A stretch of 64,000 bases of DNA from an uncultured Candidatus Saccharibacteria bacterium (GTDB lineage: Bacteria > Patescibacteriota > Minisyncoccia > Phycocordibacterales > UBA1006): the NCBI GenBank assembly GCA_964592365.1, contig CAZQDL010000001.1, positions 79,541-143,540 of the forward strand, in the 5' to 3' direction. Below, piece by piece: positions 1 through 10,457 of the stretch (position 1 is its first letter; every line of letters starts with the position of its first letter). Below the pieces are notes generated by a model. The model had not been told where the DNA came from. It saw nothing but the letters and a program-made list of their open reading frames with translations, and made no database searches. Position numbers and translations under genes: made by a program.

Positions 1-2
1 CT

Positions 3-1604
3 GATGAGGATCAATATTCTGATGTTCAAACAAGAGGAGATGATCTTGAAAAATATGTTGTTGACTATAGTCATGATGGAAATAAAAGTTTTAGTTATGA
101 CATAGATAACCTACGTGAAGATGAACGATATTACTTCCGTATTTGTGTTGAATATGATCGTAATGGAAGAGAAGAGCTTTCATGTGGTAGTGTTCGAGAT
201 TTTGAAACCAATGGGGATAGTAATGATAATGGTGATGTTGAAATTGAAACACTTTCTTTCGATGATGTCGGAAGAACCTTCGCTAGAATTTGTGGAGATC
301 TAGAAGATGATGGTGGAGACAGAAGCATTAGAACTCGAATGGAATTTAGAAGGGCTACTGGTGGACAATGGAATAACTCACAGTTTGAACAACGTGGAGA
401 AGGAAGATTCTGTGTACGGGTAAATAACCTTCAACAAGACACTCGATATGCCTTTAGAGCATGTACTGATGATGAAGTGTGTGGAAATATTCGATACTTT
501 ACCACTTTAGGAGATGATACAAATACTGAACAGATTGAGGTGAATACCTTATCGCCTTCAAATATTACAACTTCAACAGCTATTTTAAATGGACGATATC
601 AAGGTTCAGAAAATGAACCAACAGAACTTTGGTTTGAATGGGGAACAACCGCCAACCTTGGAATCAAAAAGAGAACTATTACTCGATCAGCACTTGCTGG
701 GAACTTTGTTGATGCATTTACTGGTCTACAGGCTTGTACTCAATATTTCTACCGAGCAGTAGGTCAAAACAGTTCTGGTATTGATTATGGAAACACTCTT
801 TCATTTAGAACCTCATGTATTATTAATACCGGAGGAGGACCTGATGTAATCATTAATAGAGATACAGTTGTTATTGAAGAGACCGTTGATGAAGATGAAA
901 TTAATCTTGATTTACTTGGTTTAGGTTTATCACTCATCCGTCTTGATATTGATAATAATCAGGATGTAGTCTACCGAGATCAGGTTGTAGTATATGATGT
1001 TCGTTGGGAAAATATTTCAACGATTGATCTTGATACTATTGATGTAAAAGTAACTCTTCCAGAAGAAGTTTCTGTTACCAGCGTAAGTCGTGGAAGATTT
1101 GATGCTAACGAAAATGTTCTCTTCTTTACCATCGATGAACTTGATGAGGGTGACGAAGGAGATATGCAAATTAGCGTTGTTGTATCAAATGGAAGATTAG
1201 GAGATTTAGTAACAGCAGAAGCAACTGCTGCATATGATAACCCTATCAACCAAGCAAAGGAGAATGCTACAGATTATGATGCTGACGAGTTTGTTCTTAA
1301 TACAAACTTCGGAACAGCTTCAGTATTTGGACTTTCAAATATTACCTTCTTAGGATGGCTAACTATCCTTCTTGGATTACTTATCCTCTTCCTTATTGCA
1401 CGATGGTTATATCTAGAACGTGAAGAATTACGTGCTCATGCATATGCAAGAGCATACTATCCTCCACAACCACTAGGATACCAACAGCCACCAGTACAAC
1501 CGTTACGAGCACCATACCAACAAGTGCAACAACCGTTACCTGGTACTGAAGTTTCAGAAAACACCGATGATGGATATCAACCATATCGACCAAATAGAAA
1601 CTAA
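3..1604 (+). CDS. Large membrane-anchored surface protein, 5'-truncated by the window edge; FN3-like repeats, DUF11-like domain, C-terminal TM helix and Pro/Gln-rich tail
   Basis: The frame is open from nt 3 into the 339..1604 ORF. Repeated Y-x-(F/Y)-R-(A/I)-(C/V)...G...F-x-T units; hydrophobic helix near the C-terminus. Confidence 0.75.
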   Translation, partial: DEDQYSDVQTRGDDLEKYVVDYSHDGNKSFSYDIDNLREDERYYFRICVEYDRNGREELSCGSVRDFETNGDSNDNGDVEIETLSFDDVGRTFARICGDLEDDGGDRSIRTRMEFRRATGGQWNNSQFEQRGEGRFCVRVNNLQQDTRYAFRACTDDEVCGNIRYFTTLGDDTNTEQIEVNTLSPSNITTSTAILNGRYQGSENEPTELWFEWGTTANLGIKKRTITRSALAGNFVDAFTGLQACTQYFYRAVGQNSSGIDYGNTLSFRTSCIINTGGGPDVIINRDTVVIEETVDEDEINLDLLGLGLSLIRLDIDNNQDVVYRDQVVVYDVRWENISTIDLDTIDVKVTLPEEVSVTSVSRGRFDANENVLFFTIDELDEGDEGDMQISVVVSNGRLGDLVTAEATAAYDNPINQAKENATDYDADEFVLNTNFGTASVFGLSNITFLGWLTILLGLLILFLIARWLYLEREELRAHAYARAYYPPQPLGYQQPPVQPLRAPYQQVQQPLPGTEVSENTDDGYQPYRPNRN

Positions 1605-1647
1605 TTAAAAAAACACCAATATGGTGTTTTTTTGATATAGTTTGTAT

Positions 1648-2082
1648 ATGGAAATGAATATTCAAAACGAAGAGCAGTTACCTATACTTGTTGACCGTAT
1701 TATGAACATGATATCTCAATCAGATACCTTTGCTACAGTAATTTGTCTTGAAGGAGATTTAGGGGCAGGAAAGACTACCTTGAGTAAAGCATGGGCTCAA
1801 TATCTTGGAATATCAGAAACGGTAACAAGTCCTACCTTTGTTATCCTTAAAGAATATGAAACAGCTCATGATCAATACAAAAAGCTAATTCACATTGATG
1901 CGTACCGACTTTCATCAAAAGAAGAACTAGAGTATTTAGGTTGGGAACAATTACTATCTGATCGTCAAAATATTATTCTTCTTGAATGGCCAAGTATGGT
2001 TAAAGGTATATCAATGCCACATGTATACACCTTGAGTATTGAGATTAACAAAGATCATTCAAGAACTTTTAACTTTAAATGA
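1648..2082 (+). CDS. tsaE: tRNA threonylcarbamoyladenosine biosynthesis ATPase TsaE
   Basis: LEGDLGAGKTT Walker A, VTSPTF, HIDAYRL, EWP motifs. Confidence 0.95.
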   Translation: MEMNIQNEEQLPILVDRIMNMISQSDTFATVICLEGDLGAGKTTLSKAWAQYLGISETVTSPTFVILKEYETAHDQYKKLIHIDAYRLSSKEELEYLGWEQLLSDRQNIILLEWPSMVKGISMPHVYTLSIEINKDHSRTFNFK

Positions 2083-2095
2083 TATACTGAGAAAT

Positions 2096-4447
2096 ATGAA
2101 GAAACCAATCATCTTACTCCTTGATGCTCATGCCATTATTCACAGGGCATATCATGCACTACCTGACTTCGCTACAAGAAGTGGTGTACCTACTGGAGCT
2201 ATTTATGGTTTTGCTACGATGGTTCTTAAAATCATAGATGATTTCAAGCCAACATATGTTGTTGCTTGTTTTGATCTTCCTGGAAAAACCTTTCGACATG
2301 AAAGTTATACCGAATACAAGGGAACTCGTTCTCAGACAGATACAGCTCTTAAGATGCAATTTGAAGCTACACGAGAGCTTTGTGATATTTTTGGTATTCC
2401 AATATATGATGCACCTGGATTTGAAGCTGATGACATGCTTGGAACAATCTGCACCCAATTAAAAGGAAAAGATTTTGATATTATCATTGCCTCAGGAGAT
2501 ATGGATACTCTTCAGTTAGTTGAGAAAAAAAGAGTGCAAGTATATACCCTAAAGAGAGGATTGAATGATACTGTGGTATATGATGAGCAAGCAGTATTTG
2601 ATAGATTTGGTTTCAAGCCAGCACAACTTATCGACTACAAAGGGTTAAGAGGAGATGCTTCTGATAATATTCCTGGGATAAAGGGTATTGGAGAAAAAAC
2701 CGCAGAGATAGCTATTCAGCATTTTGGAACCCTTGAAAATTTATATTCTTCCTTAGAAAAAGATGAGCAATTATTAATTGATGCTGGGTTAAGCAAACGA
2801 ATGGTTCAACTCATTAAAGAAGGAAAAGAAGATGCAGAATTCTCAAAGATACTTGCTACTATTCGACATGATGCCCCTATTGAGTTTTCATTACCCAAAC
2901 ACGCTTGGGGAGAACTTCTTGATATGGAAAAAGCAACCACCTTTTTTGATACATATGAATTGCGTGCCTTACCTGCTCGGTTACGAAGTTCAATGGGTAT
3001 TCAAGAAAAGATAGAAGAAAAACCAGAAGAAGTAATTGATCAAAAAGATTTTTCAAAAACTGCATTAGCGTTATGGCTACTTGATTCTGAAATGAAGGAA
3101 GCGAGTCTTGAAGATATGTTGATTTTCTCAAAGAAAAAAAGTTTTTTTGAAGCATCAGCATATATCACAGAACAGCTAAAGCATGATGAACCTTCGTACA
3201 AAATCTTTCAGCATATTGAAATACCATTGATGTCTGTAATCACTCATATGCAAGACCGAGGTATTAAGGTTGATGGAAATTTCTTTAAAAATCTTTCACG
3301 TGAATACCATCACAAACTTGATGCATTAGAAAAAGAAATTCAAGAAATGGCTGGTATGGATTTTAACCTAAGATCACCAAAACAACTCTCTGAGGTTCTG
3401 TTTGAACATATGGGTCTTTCAACAAAGGGTATTAAAAAATCAGGAAAGTCAGGAGTGTATTCAACCAATGCACAGATGCTTGAAAAATTGTTAGAAGAAC
3501 ACCCTATTATTCAACACATTCTTGATTACAGGGAATTGGATAAGCTGGTAGGTACGTACATTGATGTTATCCCTGACATGGTTTCTGATGATGGAAGATT
3601 ACATGCACAATTTATTCAGAACGGAACTACCACAGGAAGATTTTCCTCAAAGGATCCTAATATGCAAAATATTCCCACAAGAAGTGACCTAGGAAGAAAG
3701 ATACGAGAAGGATTTATCGCCGAAACAGGATATCAATTAGTTTCTTTTGACTATTCTCAAATTGAATTACGCTGTCTTGCTATGCTTTCATCAGACCAGA
3801 AACTCATTGATATTTTTAATGAAGGGAAAGATATTCATACGGCTGTTGCTTCTCTTATAGGAAATGTTCCTGAAGATGAAGTTGATAGGGAAATGAGAAG
3901 AAAAGCAAAGATTGTTAACTTTGGAATTCTCTATGGAATGGGAGTTAGTAGCCTGCGAAAGCAGATGGATACCGATAGGTTGGAAGCTCAAAAATTCCAT
4001 GATGGATTTTTCGAACAGTTCAAAGAGGCTACGGCATACCTAGAAGCAACGAAAGAGCATGCAAGAGCACATGGATACACCACAACTCTTTTTGGACGCA
4101 GAAGACAGTTTAAGAATATCAATTCAAAGCTTCCATTTATTAAAGCAATGGCAGAAAGAATGGCATTGAATGCACCTATTCAAGGAACTTCAGCAGACAT
4201 GATAAAGCTTGCAATGGTTGAGGTATATGAATATCTAAAACAAGAAACAGATATTGATGCACATTTTGTGTTGCAGATTCATGATGAAATTATTTTCGAA
4301 GTAAAAGATACAGATATTGAATTATTTACTACTAAGGTGAATGATATTATGGTTAATATATTGAGTTCTTCATATCTCTCGTATCATCCACCTATTCCTT
4401 TAGTGGTTCACTATTCAACAGGAAGACACTGGGGTGAGTTAAAATAA
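2096..4447 (+). CDS. polA: DNA polymerase I
   Basis: 5'-3' exonuclease motifs (HRAYHALP, EADD, GDASDNIPGIKGIGEK) and Pol A motifs (DYSQIELR, NFGILYG, QIHDE); start moved to ATG 2096. Confidence 0.97.
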   Translation: MKKPIILLLDAHAIIHRAYHALPDFATRSGVPTGAIYGFATMVLKIIDDFKPTYVVACFDLPGKTFRHESYTEYKGTRSQTDTALKMQFEATRELCDIFGIPIYDAPGFEADDMLGTICTQLKGKDFDIIIASGDMDTLQLVEKKRVQVYTLKRGLNDTVVYDEQAVFDRFGFKPAQLIDYKGLRGDASDNIPGIKGIGEKTAEIAIQHFGTLENLYSSLEKDEQLLIDAGLSKRMVQLIKEGKEDAEFSKILATIRHDAPIEFSLPKHAWGELLDMEKATTFFDTYELRALPARLRSSMGIQEKIEEKPEEVIDQKDFSKTALALWLLDSEMKEASLEDMLIFSKKKSFFEASAYITEQLKHDEPSYKIFQHIEIPLMSVITHMQDRGIKVDGNFFKNLSREYHHKLDALEKEIQEMAGMDFNLRSPKQLSEVLFEHMGLSTKGIKKSGKSGVYSTNAQMLEKLLEEHPIIQHILDYRELDKLVGTYIDVIPDMVSDDGRLHAQFIQNGTTTGRFSSKDPNMQNIPTRSDLGRKIREGFIAETGYQLVSFDYSQIELRCLAMLSSDQKLIDIFNEGKDIHTAVASLIGNVPEDEVDREMRRKAKIVNFGILYGMGVSSLRKQMDTDRLEAQKFHDGFFEQFKEATAYLEATKEHARAHGYTTTLFGRRRQFKNINSKLPFIKAMAERMALNAPIQGTSADMIKLAMVEVYEYLKQETDIDAHFVLQIHDEIIFEVKDTDIELFTTKVNDIMVNILSSSYLSYHPPIPLVVHYSTGRHWGELK

Positions 4448-4481
4448 ACAGCAATGCTGTTTATTTTGATATACTAAACAT

Positions 4482-5177
4482 ATGATTTTTTTAGTGTCAG
4501 GAAATAGTGAAGATAGGAAGTCTTATATTCATAAACAGATAAAAGAAGCAGGAGGAGATCCTGCAAAAGCTGTACGCATTACTGATACAGATATCAATGA
4601 GACCTGTTCCTTTAGTGATCTTGTTGTTAAGCAGGTAGGACTATTTGGTGATATTGAATACTATATTATCTCTGACCTTACTCGTTCATTGGATATAAGA
4701 AATATTCTGAATACCTTTAAAGAATCACCTCACTATTTATTCTTTTCAGAAGAAAGTGTAACAAAACCAATCATTTCAGCTTTTGAAAAAATAGATGCAA
4801 CCATACAATCTTTTGAGAAAGAGATTGTTGAAAAGAAAGAAGGAGGTAATAATATTTTTGTACTTTCTGATTTACTTGGAGCAAGGGATAAGAAAAATCT
4901 ATGGATTGCATATCATCAGGCATTGTCTTCAAGCTCCGTTGAAGAGATCATTGGGATACTCAATTGGCAGTTAAAAAATATGATACTGGTATATCAACAA
5001 CCTTCAGGGGTAGCGAGTATGAAACCTTTTGTATTTTCAAAAACACAGAGGTTTAATAAAAACTATTCTGAACATGAGGTTAGAGAATTATTAGTTTCAC
5101 TAACCAAAGCATTTCATTCACGAGATATTCATCACACACTTGAAGTTCAAGTAGAAGAAATTATTTTAGGATTATAA
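4482..5177 (+). CDS. DNA polymerase III delta subunit-like protein (HolA-like)
   Basis: GLFG motif and C-terminal NIFVLSDLL...MKPFVFSK pattern resemble the HolA C-terminal region. Confidence 0.6.
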   Translation: MIFLVSGNSEDRKSYIHKQIKEAGGDPAKAVRITDTDINETCSFSDLVVKQVGLFGDIEYYIISDLTRSLDIRNILNTFKESPHYLFFSEESVTKPIISAFEKIDATIQSFEKEIVEKKEGGNNIFVLSDLLGARDKKNLWIAYHQALSSSSVEEIIGILNWQLKNMILVYQQPSGVASMKPFVFSKTQRFNKNYSEHEVRELLVSLTKAFHSRDIHHTLEVQVEEIILGL

Positions 5178-5196
5178 AAAGCACAAAATGTGCTTT

Positions 5197-6165
5197 TTAT
5201 AATACGCCAACTATCTTTGCGATAAATACTGCATAGAAGAATAGCATAGCTATTCCTTCCCATGGTCGTACCTTATTATCAAACGTAACAAAGATGGCGA
5301 TAAAGGTTGCAATAACTAAAAAGGGTAGGCCAATAATGAATGTGGTGTCTGCAATTCCAAGAGGAGTTATGAGTGCTGGAATTCCTGCGATGAAAAGAAG
5401 GTTAAAAGTATTTGAACCAAGTACATTTCCAACAGCCATTCCGTGATTTCCTCTTTTTACCGCTGCAACTGAAGTAAGAATTTCAGGTAATGAAGTTCCG
5501 AGAGCAACTACGGTTATGGTGAGCATTGAAGAGGTGATGTTCAACAGTTGTGAGAGCATAAGAACACTATCAATAAGGTACTTAGCTGAAACTGAAAGTA
5601 TTCCAATACTAAGAACAATTGCTCCACTATAGATTAAGATACTCTTCTTTTTTGCTGATGGATCAGTATTTTCTTCAACAAGATCTTTCATTTCATCAAC
5701 ATCTATTAATTCAGGTTTTTGTCGAATGTTGTAAATTATGAAAATAATAAAGAATACTAACAGAGCAATTCCTTCAGGTGTTGAAATTACCTTATCAAGG
5801 GCAAAGTATCCAAATAGTGCCATCGACATAAAGAAGAAGGGAAGATCAACATCAATTAGGGATGTATTTATTTTTAATGTTTTAGCAGCAATTCCTGATA
5901 TCCCTAAAATTAATAACGCATTAGCAATATTAGAACCCACTATGTTATCAACAACAAAGGTTGTTTCACCTGCGTTAAGTGCGAATAAAGATGATACCAA
6001 TTCAGGAAGCGATGTTCCAACAGCAACGATGGTTGCCCCAATAATGAAAGAACTCATTCCAAAGAGTAATCCAATTCGCTCACTGTACTCGGTAAAGTAG
6101 TCAGCTGATTTAATTAAAAAGAATAAACTAGCGATAAGTATTCCTATCCAGATAATGATTTGCAT
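5197..6165 (-). CDS. Ca2+/Na+ antiporter (CaCA, YrbG family)
   Basis: Two GTSLPE repeats with GSNIAN and GSNTFN; multiple TM helices. Confidence 0.93.
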   Translation of the reverse strand: MQIIIWIGILIASLFFLIKSADYFTEYSERIGLLFGMSSFIIGATIVAVGTSLPELVSSLFALNAGETTFVVDNIVGSNIANALLILGISGIAAKTLKINTSLIDVDLPFFFMSMALFGYFALDKVISTPEGIALLVFFIIFIIYNIRQKPELIDVDEMKDLVEENTDPSAKKKSILIYSGAIVLSIGILSVSAKYLIDSVLMLSQLLNITSSMLTITVVALGTSLPEILTSVAAVKRGNHGMAVGNVLGSNTFNLLFIAGIPALITPLGIADTTFIIGLPFLVIATFIAIFVTFDNKVRPWEGIAMLFFYAVFIAKIVGVL

Positions 6166-6232
6166 ATGGAGGTATCATATCATTTTTTTCTCAGAGTAAA
6201 ATAAAAAGAAACACTAAGGTGTTTCTTTCATG

Positions 6233-6305
6233 TCCCCCTGGAAGGGCTCGAACCTTCGACCGTCAGCTTAAAAGGCTGCTGCTCTACCGACTGAGCTACA
6301 GGAGG
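6233..6305 (-). tRNA. tRNA-Lys(TTT)
   Basis: Reverse complement folds as a cloverleaf: acceptor CCTCCTG/CAGGGGG, D arm TAGCTCAGTCGGTAGAGC, anticodon loop CTTTTAA, T loop GGTTCGAGCC. Confidence 0.95.
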
Positions 6306-6382
6306 ATGTCGATATGTAAGGCATTGCCGAACGTTGTAGATAGTATTACAGCATTGACTTAAGGTCAACACATATCTACAGT

Positions 6383-6868
6383 ATGAATATGCAATATTCA
6401 GTTCTCTTACATAATATTAGAAGCGCTCACAACGTTGGTTCTATTTTTAGAACTGCTGATGCAGCTGGTTTTTCTCATGTATATCTTTCAGGATATACCC
6501 CACTTCCCATTGACCGTTTCGGAAGAAAAAGAGCAGATATTGATAAGGTTGCACTAGGAGCACAAGAAATTGTTTCTTGGTCTGAAGTGAAAGATATTGA
6601 AATGTTTCTTCGTTCACATTATGTAGTTGCGGTTGAACAAGATGAACGTTCAATTCCATATGATAGCTTTGAAGCACCAAAAGAGGTACATGAATTAATT
6701 TTGATGATGGGCGAGGAAACTAAAGGAATTGAAAAAGAACTTCTTGTTGATGTAAGCTCTATTATTGAAATACCAATGAGGGGAGAGAAAGAATCTTTAA
6801 ACGTATCAGTCGCTTTTGCTGTTGTTGCTTATGAGATAACAAAAAACCACTTAAGAAAAAGTTCTTAA
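6383..6868 (+). CDS. TrmH/SpoU family RNA methyltransferase
   Basis: HNIRSAHNVGSIFRTADA, GEETKGI, IPMRGEKESLNVSVA. Confidence 0.93.
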   Translation: MNMQYSVLLHNIRSAHNVGSIFRTADAAGFSHVYLSGYTPLPIDRFGRKRADIDKVALGAQEIVSWSEVKDIEMFLRSHYVVAVEQDERSIPYDSFEAPKEVHELILMMGEETKGIEKELLVDVSSIIEIPMRGEKESLNVSVAFAVVAYEITKNHLRKSS

Positions 6869-6891
6869 GTGGTTGGTCTTTTGATTCAATT

Positions 6892-7449
6892 TTATTTTTT
6901 AACAAATTGAATATTTTTTAATTCGTTTTCAATTTGGTGTCCAATACCATTCCAATATCCATTCTCATATTGGTATAGGTCTGAATGGGTGAAGCAGTAC
7001 GCATCTATCTCTTCAGGAAATTCCGTTCTAGTTGTTACAATTAGTTGATATTTGCTAAATCTTTTTGGCTTAAAATGTGTAACTATTGGACTGAATTCAA
7101 TGCTCACATCTTCTCCATTAAAATCAAGATCATCAGGAAAGAAGTCATTGACGGTACCCTCCACGTTTACCAATTCCACTTTTTCGATGTAATCAGCAAC
7201 ATTTAAACTATTTTTATCTAAATGAATGTATTGCTCGATTTCTCGAACTGATGTTTTTGTCATATCGAAGACTATTTCGTAAACAACATTTCTTTTCCCT
7301 TCTTCTAAAATTGGGTCTATGTTTTGCATGTATACCTTATTAAAATACGATCCTTCCAAGGATTCTAATTCTTCAACATATGTTTCAGAGCAAGAGCTTA
7401 TTAATAAAGAGCTCAATAAGACAATCAATGGTAATAAAATTTTTTGCAT
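6892..7449 (-). CDS. Putative lipoprotein
   Basis: MQKILLPLIVLLSSLLISSC signal with lipobox, starting at the ATG at 7449. Confidence 0.6.
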   Translation of the reverse strand: MQKILLPLIVLLSSLLISSCSETYVEELESLEGSYFNKVYMQNIDPILEEGKRNVVYEIVFDMTKTSVREIEQYIHLDKNSLNVADYIEKVELVNVEGTVNDFFPDDLDFNGEDVSIEFSPIVTHFKPKRFSKYQLIVTTRTEFPEEIDAYCFTHSDLYQYENGYWNGIGHQIENELKNIQFVKK

Positions 7450-7562
7450 GTGATATTTATTTTTTAAGTTATTTGATAACATAGTATCACTTATTTAGAA
7501 TATGTCAAGTTATTTTATACATAATAAAACAGCTAATGGTCGAGCCAGAAGCTGTTTTTTGT

Positions 7563-8825
7563 TTAAAATATTTCAATTTCTTTTGATATATAAATATCGG
7601 GATCAAGTAACCTTTCATAGCTTTCTGATCCATTTTTATATTTTATTTTTTCAATGACACATTTATATTTTCCCTTAGGAAGTTGGGCAACGATTCCAAT
7701 TTGAAAATTTTCAGTTCCGTTTTGATCAATAATATAATCATTTGCATACACAAAAGCATTTGAACCCATATACACTGAAATATCCGAATCAGACACAGAA
7801 ATTTTTTGTTGAGTTCCAGTGTTAATAATCGAAAATATAATACTGCTCTTACCAACCTTTGAAATATATGCAGGTGCCTCAAAAGCTTCAATCTCTACTT
7901 GATATTCAAAGACTCCTTTGTTGTTGAAAGTAATAGCTTCACTTTTTATTAAAGCAACATCGATGCCTTTTGAGAATAAGAAATAATTTCTCATATCTGC
8001 TGATCCAGTAATATCTAAGCTTGAAAGTGTATTTGCCTCCTCATCGAATGCAACAGTTTCTTGAAGACTTTTTTCTGATACTTCAAAAGAAATTCCCTGT
8101 CCCTCTTGATAATTATTGTTCTGCTTCATATATGTTACAAAAACTTGTACATCATATATTTCACCATTACTTAAAAGCATATTTTGAGTATTGAAGATTA
8201 CAAGTTCCTTTGTGGTTCCTTGAATACTTCTATGATCCCATGCATTAAAATCTTTTCCATCAATTGATATAGACATATCAGAAATAATTAAATTAAAAGA
8301 TTTCCCATGAGTATCTACCTCAAAAGATATTTTACCTAAAAGAACATCTGCAGATTCAGCTGGCACCTCAAGACTAAAAACATATGATTCAATAGAATCT
8401 GAGATATCATTTTCATCTACCTCGTATCGAGTATATGAAATTGGGCAATTCTCTGAGCTTGAAATGATTAATTCAACCGGTAAGTTGGTCATTACCTTTT
8501 TTGAAAATAGGACTTCTCCCGTTTTTGTTTCTAAAAAAGTAATTGCTATTTCAGTTTCTGGCTCAAGCCCTGAGATAGTTTCAATTCCATTTTCTATAGA
8601 GCCTACATATTCATATGTAGTGATTTCAGTATTATTCTCGCTTTGTATTACAAGACGAGTAGTTTCTTTTTCTCCTGCCTTAATTGAAAATGTAATTTCG
8701 ATTTCTCGAGAACTTGTCTTGGTAACTTCAAATGAGGTTACTCTTGTTGGTTCTGCGATAATATCATCATCATTTTGACATGAAGATAAAAGTGAAAGGA
8801 AAAAGATGCATAAAAGTTTTTTCAT
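7563..8825 (-). CDS. Putative lipoprotein, beta-rich
   Basis: MKKLLCIFFLSLLSSC-QNDDD lipobox followed by an acidic motif; 420-aa ORF. Confidence 0.65.
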   Translation of the reverse strand: MKKLLCIFFLSLLSSCQNDDDIIAEPTRVTSFEVTKTSSREIEITFSIKAGEKETTRLVIQSENNTEITTYEYVGSIENGIETISGLEPETEIAITFLETKTGEVLFSKKVMTNLPVELIISSSENCPISYTRYEVDENDISDSIESYVFSLEVPAESADVLLGKISFEVDTHGKSFNLIISDMSISIDGKDFNAWDHRSIQGTTKELVIFNTQNMLLSNGEIYDVQVFVTYMKQNNNYQEGQGISFEVSEKSLQETVAFDEEANTLSSLDITGSADMRNYFLFSKGIDVALIKSEAITFNNKGVFEYQVEIEAFEAPAYISKVGKSSIIFSIINTGTQQKISVSDSDISVYMGSNAFVYANDYIIDQNGTENFQIGIVAQLPKGKYKCVIEKIKYKNGSESYERLLDPDIYISKEIEIF

Positions 8826-8914
8826 GATGTTTATTATTTAATTGTTAGTGTTATTTATTTTAACAATATAATTTAATTTTAATTTGTCAATTTATATAAG
8901 GTATTAAAAAAGCC

Positions 8915-9490
8915 CTATGAATTACTTAGTATGTTCAGGGCTTCTTTTATTTTCTCATTCATTTGGGTTGTTTTAGTATCAATTTTTGCAAGAGCATTGA
9001 GTGCTTGAGCAGGACTATAGCCAAGAGCAACTAAAGCATCAATCACATCACGATCACCTTCATTTGTATGAATTTCTGTATTTCCTGCATAGTTTTTAAG
9101 CTTATCCTGTAGTTCAATACACATACGTTCTGCTGTTTTCTTTCCAATTCCTGGAACTGAACTAAGAAAATCAATATTCTTTGAAAGAATTGCTTGATAT
9201 AGGGTGTCAGTTGAAGCAAGACCAATGATGGCTAATCCTGATTTTGGTCCGATTCCAGAAACATCAATTAATTTCTTGAAAAAGAACAATTCATTTTGTG
9301 TTTCAAAACCATATAGATCAAGAGCATTTTCTCTTACCAAAGTATGAATCCAAAGAGAAATATTTTTCTGGGTTAATGCCCAAGCTAGGGTATTTTCAGT
9401 AACAAGAATTTGATACCCTACATCTCGTACATCGAGGATAATGGTTCCTTCTGTTGATTCAAATGCTTTTCCTGAGAGATATCCAATCAT
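8915..9490 (-). CDS. ruvA: Holliday junction branch migration protein RuvA
   Basis: VGY, LYGF, VSGIGPK, VPGIGKKTAER, ALVALGY. Confidence 0.96.
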   Translation of the reverse strand: MIGYLSGKAFESTEGTIILDVRDVGYQILVTENTLAWALTQKNISLWIHTLVRENALDLYGFETQNELFFFKKLIDVSGIGPKSGLAIIGLASTDTLYQAILSKNIDFLSSVPGIGKKTAERMCIELQDKLKNYAGNTEIHTNEGDRDVIDALVALGYSPAQALNALAKIDTKTTQMNEKIKEALNILSNS

Positions 9491-9531
9491 ATAACTAGTA
9501 TATCATGGAGTATCTATGTATTATATATAAT

Positions 9532-10455
9532 ATGAACTTTAATCCAGAAAAAATTAATATTCCTGAAAAAAGGGGAATATTAGAAAATGAAAAGCATCTA
9601 AATATTCTATATGAAAGAATAGAGAAAAAACTTGCTAGTTATAAGCCAGATCTTGAAGATTTTCGGGATATCTATTTTGATGAAGTTGATAAAGATATGG
9701 TTTATGTTGAAGAAAAATTGAAACAATTTGATGAATCATTAAATAACAGAGAGGATGGAGATTTTTTTAAGAAAGAAAAAAAAATTGCTCTTATCACTGA
9801 GGGAATTCTTACAGACCAATTATCAGGAGAGTGGTTTAACTCTCTTAAAGAGGACGCTCCATATACTGTGGTTGCACATCCAACTTCAGATTTTGATGAC
9901 ATACGTAATGGGGCTGATTTGGTTCTAGAAGTTTTTAACAAAGACAAAGAGCAATCAAAACACTTGGGATTATCAATTGACGTTACTTTTTCTTCAGATA
10001 TTGAAAATCTTAACAGAAAGATGGAAAGGATAATTGGAGATATTACAGGAAAACATGGAAAACCTGCTCAAGTAAAATATTTTGAAAGTGATTTTGATGA
10101 TTACAAAGGTGCCGTAACCATCGCAAGAAGTGTTATTGTTCTTTCAAGAAATACCATAGAAGATCTCTTTAAAAAAGAATACTCAAGAGACAAAGACGGT
10201 CTTTCAAGTCACCAAGTTCAGCTTTCATTGCTCACCCAACTTCAAGAGCAAGCAGAAACTTTTTTACAGTTATGTAAGGTTCATGGAAATTCAGAACTTG
10301 GAAGTATTTATGAGGATATTTATAAAAATATCAAATATCTCAAAGACGAGAAAAAAATAAGTCATTTTGAATTAGAACAAGACCCAATATTACTTCAAGA
10401 AAAGTATGACGGTCTTAAATTACTGCATCGAGCATTACTCAATAACATAATGTAA
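9532..10455 (+). CDS. Hypothetical protein, possible PD-(D/E)XK-like fold
   Basis: Long ORF; DDIRNGADLV...IDVT pattern is only suggestive. Confidence 0.5.
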   Translation: MNFNPEKINIPEKRGILENEKHLNILYERIEKKLASYKPDLEDFRDIYFDEVDKDMVYVEEKLKQFDESLNNREDGDFFKKEKKIALITEGILTDQLSGEWFNSLKEDAPYTVVAHPTSDFDDIRNGADLVLEVFNKDKEQSKHLGLSIDVTFSSDIENLNRKMERIIGDITGKHGKPAQVKYFESDFDDYKGAVTIARSVIVLSRNTIEDLFKKEYSRDKDGLSSHQVQLSLLTQLQEQAETFLQLCKVHGNSELGSIYEDIYKNIKYLKDEKKISHFELEQDPILLQEKYDGLKLLHRALLNNIM

Positions 10456-10457
10456 AA

